A stretch of DNA of 19,804 bases from an uncultured Phycisphaerales bacterium. GTDB taxonomy: Bacteria > Planctomycetota > Phycisphaerae > Phycisphaerales > SM1A02. Below are positions 16,840 to 19,804 of this stretch, piece by piece. The stretch spans positions 1 through 19,804 of the forward strand of contig CALKEP010000019.1 in NCBI GenBank assembly GCA_938084645.1. The letters run 5' to 3'. The first letter of the stretch is position 1. Every line of letters starts with the position of its first letter. Made by a program: the position numbers and the translations under genes. Below the pieces are notes generated by a model, which searched no databases, was not told the DNA's origin, and worked only from the letters and a program-made list of their open reading frames with translations.

Positions 16840-18325
16840 TGCACCTTCGAAGAAGACGCCCGTGGGATCCGAAGCTTCGGAATCCGACGCCCGGGTACCG
16901 CCGGTGATCCTGGAGCGACGGCGGAATCCTCCGGGTCAGAGCCTCATCTGGTTGATCCCCGTCGCGGCGCTGCTTGTCTCGATCTGGATCGCCATCGACG
17001 CATGGTCGGATCGCGGGCCTCGATTCATGGTGGAGTTCCGGGAGATCCACGGTCTCGAGGCCGGCGACCCGATCCGTTGCCGTGGCGTCGAAGTCGGACG
17101 GGTGGAGCGGGTCGATTGGTCATCGCTGGACACCGATCTCGATGAGGCGCGTTCGATTCTGGTGACCGGGAGACTCTCCGCGGCCGCATCGGATCTACTT
17201 CGCATCGGATCGAGATTCTGGATCGCGCGGCCCGAGTTCGGATACGGAGGCGTGCAGGGTCTCGATACCGTGGTCGGACCTCGATATCTCGCCATGTCTC
17301 CCGGCCGGGGGCGGATGGACCGCGGTCCGTTTCCGGGGCTCCCGGTCGCACCGATCGACTGGGCGGATCGGGACGATGATCTCGAAATCGTGATCGAATC
17401 GCCCGAACGTCGGGGCATGCGACGTGGCGGCTCGGTCACTTACCGGGGACTGCCGGCTGGTCGGATCATGAATCTCGAACTCGCGTCCGACGCTTCTCAC
17501 GTCGAGGCAAGGGTGGTGATCGATCGCCGACATGCGACACTCATCCGCGAAGGCACCCGTTTCTATTCGACCAGCGGCGTGTCCTTCGAATTCGGGCTCG
17601 ATGGACTTCGTGCGGACGTCGACTCGGTGGAGACCCTGGTCTCGGGTGGAATCGCCTTCGCGACGCCGCCGGACGCAGGGGGGCCTGCCGTGACCGGAAG
17701 TCGATTCGAGCTCGCAAGCCGGGCCGAGGATGCGTGGCTGGAGTGGAGGCCGCGCATCGCCGTGGGCGTCCCGGCCCTTGAAGGCCCGACGGCGGAACGG
17801 GCGTCGCTTCGGTGGAAGAGTGGCGTCTTCAGCCGGAGCCGGTCTCGTCGAGGCTGGATCACGCGGATCGACGACGAATTCGTCGCGGTGCCGACGATCC
17901 TCCTGAGGCCACCTCGGGATGCGAAGGACGCGGCCCTCGAGTTCGCGGGCACGTCGATACCCGTCGACGGACTCGCCGGGGAGCCGGCGGACGTGTCCGA
18001 CGAGGTGCGGATCCTGCGCGTCGAGTCGCTTCCGGGCCTTCCACCCGCCTCTTCCGGTCCCAAGGCGGAACTCGATGTCGTGGGGCTCCCGGAGTCCGCC
18101 ACGCTGCTCGTCCATCTCGGCGGTGATCTCGGTCCGACGCCAGTCTCCGCCGGTCGCTGGCGATCTCGAAACGGGATGATTCTGATCGACGAGGCGATGG
18201 GATTCGCCGATGAAGGAGTCGGGGCGCCGATCACCGATGCCCGCACCGGCGCCCTGCTGGGCGTGCTGATCCCCGATCCCGACGGAACCCGGCTGGGTCG
18301 CCTTCGTCCCGGCCCCTCGAATTGA
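16832..18325 (+). CDS. pqiB: PqiB/MlaD-family MCE protein: N-terminal TM, two MCE domains and an unassigned C-terminal region (497 aa)
   Basis: LIWLIP TM; MCE1 GLEAGDPIRCRGVEVGRV...SRFWIARP...GLDTVVG; MCE2 GGSVTYRGLPAGRI...TRFYSTSG...ETLVSGGIAFATP. ATG 16832 has GGAG upstream and overlaps pqiA by 8 nt. Confidence 0.85.
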   Translation: MTDAPSKKTPVGSEASESDARVPPVILERRRNPPGQSLIWLIPVAALLVSIWIAIDAWSDRGPRFMVEFREIHGLEAGDPIRCRGVEVGRVERVDWSSLDTDLDEARSILVTGRLSAAASDLLRIGSRFWIARPEFGYGGVQGLDTVVGPRYLAMSPGRGRMDRGPFPGLPVAPIDWADRDDDLEIVIESPERRGMRRGGSVTYRGLPAGRIMNLELASDASHVEARVVIDRRHATLIREGTRFYSTSGVSFEFGLDGLRADVDSVETLVSGGIAFATPPDAGGPAVTGSRFELASRAEDAWLEWRPRIAVGVPALEGPTAERASLRWKSGVFSRSRSRRGWITRIDDEFVAVPTILLRPPRDAKDAALEFAGTSIPVDGLAGEPADVSDEVRILRVESLPGLPPASSGPKAELDVVGLPESATLLVHLGGDLGPTPVSAGRWRSRNGMILIDEAMGFADEGVGAPITDARTGALLGVLIPDPDGTRLGRLRPGPSN

Positions 18326-18340
18326 CAGGAATCGACGTCC

Positions 18341-19615
18341 ATGCGGCTCCCCGTGCTGACCATCGAAGAGACCTGTGAACGACAGCTCTGCACGGGCTGT
18401 GGCGTGTGTGCGTCGCTCGAACCCGAACGCTTTCGCATGGGTGAGGCGTTCGACCTCGGTCGTCGCCCGTTCGTCCGTGACGGCGCTCCGGCGACCACGG
18501 GTGAGGGACTGGCGTGTTGTCCGGGCGCACATCTGTCCCACGACTCGACCGAGCGCACCGAGGAGCAGGATCCGAACCTCTTCGATGCGTGGGGCCCGGT
18601 CCTCGAGGTCTGGGAAGGGGCCGCCGCCGACGAGCAGATCCGGCTGGCGGGGAGCAGCGGTGGAGCCGCCTCGGCGCTCGCGCTGTACTGCATCGAAGCG
18701 GGTGGGATGGAGCGGGTCGTCCACATCGGGGCTCGAAGCGACGTTCCGTATCTGAATGAAACGGTCTTCTCGGAGAACCGAGCGCAACTGATCTCCCGAT
18801 CCGGAAGTCGTTACGCCCCTGCGAGTCCTTGTGATCGACTCGATGAAGTGGCTTCGATGGAAGGTCGGAGCGTCTTCATCGGAAAGCCGTGCGACGTCGC
18901 GGCCGTGCAGAAGGCAAGGAAGATCAGGCCCGAGCTCGATGAGAAGCTCGGTTGCGTGATCGGATTCTTCTGCGCGGGAGCTCCGAGTACGAAGGGGACC
19001 CTCGCGCTTCTCGACGAGGTCGGTATTCCGGATCCGAGTCGACTCAAGAGTCTTCGGTACCGGGGCAACGGCTGGCCCGGAATGTGGACCGCGGTGTACG
19101 AAGGCGACGACGGTCAAGAAGAGACCATCGAACGAACCTATGCCGACTCCTGGGGATTCGTGCAACGCTATCGCCAGTGGCGTTGCTACATCTGCCCGGA
19201 CCACACCGGCGAATTCGCGGACATCGCGGTCGGCGACCCCTGGTATCGCGAGGTTCAGCCCGGTGAGCCCGGAAGTTCCCTGATCGTCGTTCGGACTGAG
19301 CGTGGGCGGGAGATTCTCAAGAAGGCGGTCGCCGCGGGCTACATCCGTCTCCAGAAGCAGGACTCAACGCTGCTCCCACGCTCCCAGCCGAACCTCTTGT
19401 CGACGCGCGGTGGATTGTGGGCGAGGTTGCTGGTGCTCCGGGCATTCGGCGGAGCGGTGCCCGCTTACAAGGGATTCAGAACGTTTCCGTTCTGGCTGCG
19501 GTATCTCTCGCTGAAAGCCAAGATCTCATCCATCAGCGGAACCATGAAGCGCGTGTTCCGCAAGCGACTTCGTCAGTCCGTGGATGTCGTCGAATGGTCC
19601 CCGCCGTCCGATTGA
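18341..19615 (+). CDS. Coenzyme F420 hydrogenase/dehydrogenase beta-subunit (FrhB/FdhB) family Fe-S flavoprotein, 424 aa
   Basis: CTGCGVC...CPG ferredoxin-like N-terminus; GSSGG, SGSRY, FIGKPCD, IGFFCAG.PS, YRGNGWPG and RCYICPD.TGEFADIAVGDPW. Confidence 0.9.
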   Translation: MRLPVLTIEETCERQLCTGCGVCASLEPERFRMGEAFDLGRRPFVRDGAPATTGEGLACCPGAHLSHDSTERTEEQDPNLFDAWGPVLEVWEGAAADEQIRLAGSSGGAASALALYCIEAGGMERVVHIGARSDVPYLNETVFSENRAQLISRSGSRYAPASPCDRLDEVASMEGRSVFIGKPCDVAAVQKARKIRPELDEKLGCVIGFFCAGAPSTKGTLALLDEVGIPDPSRLKSLRYRGNGWPGMWTAVYEGDDGQEETIERTYADSWGFVQRYRQWRCYICPDHTGEFADIAVGDPWYREVQPGEPGSSLIVVRTERGREILKKAVAAGYIRLQKQDSTLLPRSQPNLLSTRGGLWARLLVLRAFGGAVPAYKGFRTFPFWLRYLSLKAKISSISGTMKRVFRKRLRQSVDVVEWSPPSD

Positions 19616-19632
19616 GGCTCGCGGTCCTCCGT

Positions 19633-19803
19633 TCAGAAGGTCCAGCTTCCGAAGATGCCGATGAAGGGCGCGGGATCGAGATCGGTCTTCGCGATCTCGT
19701 TGCCGTTGGCGTCGTCGAGACGGTAGGAATTGAACAGCGAGACGCCGCCGACCACGTCGAGTCGGAGTCCGCTTTCGAATCGCCAGGTCGCCCGGGCCCA
19801 CAG
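19633..19803 (-). CDS. C-terminal 56 aa of a probable outer-membrane beta-barrel protein; 5' end lies outside the window
   Basis: Manual translation of the minus strand gives LWARATWRFESGLRLDVVGGVSLFNSYRLDDANGNEIAKTDLDPAPFIGIFGSWTF*. It shows amphipathic beta-strands, a terminal W-x-F beta-signal and GC3-rich codons. It is absent from the ORF track because no start codon lies in the window. Confidence 0.75.
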   Translation of the reverse strand: MWARATWRFESGLRLDVVGGVSLFNSYRLDDANGNEIAKTDLDPAPFIGIFGSWTF

Positions 19804-19804
19804 G

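Noticed and set aside
19526..19801. 91-aa minus-strand ORF from the track
   Set aside because: It is Arg-rich and overlaps the frhB-like gene; a different minus frame gives a convincing beta-barrel C-terminus.
1..19804. Abundant TCGA/CGATCG words as HIP1-like repeats; CRISPR, IS or prophage signals
   Set aside because: The words are dispersed through coding DNA and are compatible with codon preferences such as ATC/CTC/GTC followed by GAN. I saw no repeat-spacer array, transposase, integrase or phage gene.

Overview
A GC-rich, gene-dense bacterial window. The DUF1501 gene, HAL2-type phosphatase and overall gene content suggest Planctomycetota; this is inference only. From left to right it holds: the 3' end of a DUF1501 gene; a HAL2/SAL1-like 3'(2'),5'-bisphosphate nucleotidase (minus strand); a complete, translationally coupled seven-gene Wsp-like chemosensory operon (MCP, CheW, CheR-TPR, CheW, CheA-REC, CheB, output regulator); an orphan flavin-dependent halogenase-like gene; TauE/SafE and AI-2E membrane proteins (minus strand); a coupled run of PQQ-type sugar dehydrogenase, PqiA, a two-MCE-domain PqiB-like protein and an FrhB-family Fe-S flavoprotein; and the C-terminus of an outer-membrane beta-barrel that the ORF track missed. 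The most notable system is the Wsp-like pathway, which differs from Pseudomonas Wsp at both ends. Its receptor carries a dCache-type sensor, and its WspR-type receiver and stalk are fused to a PP2C/SpoIIE phosphatase instead of a GGDEF cyclase. No rRNA, tRNA, CRISPR array or mobile element was recognised. All calls come from motif recognition by eye; no searches were run.
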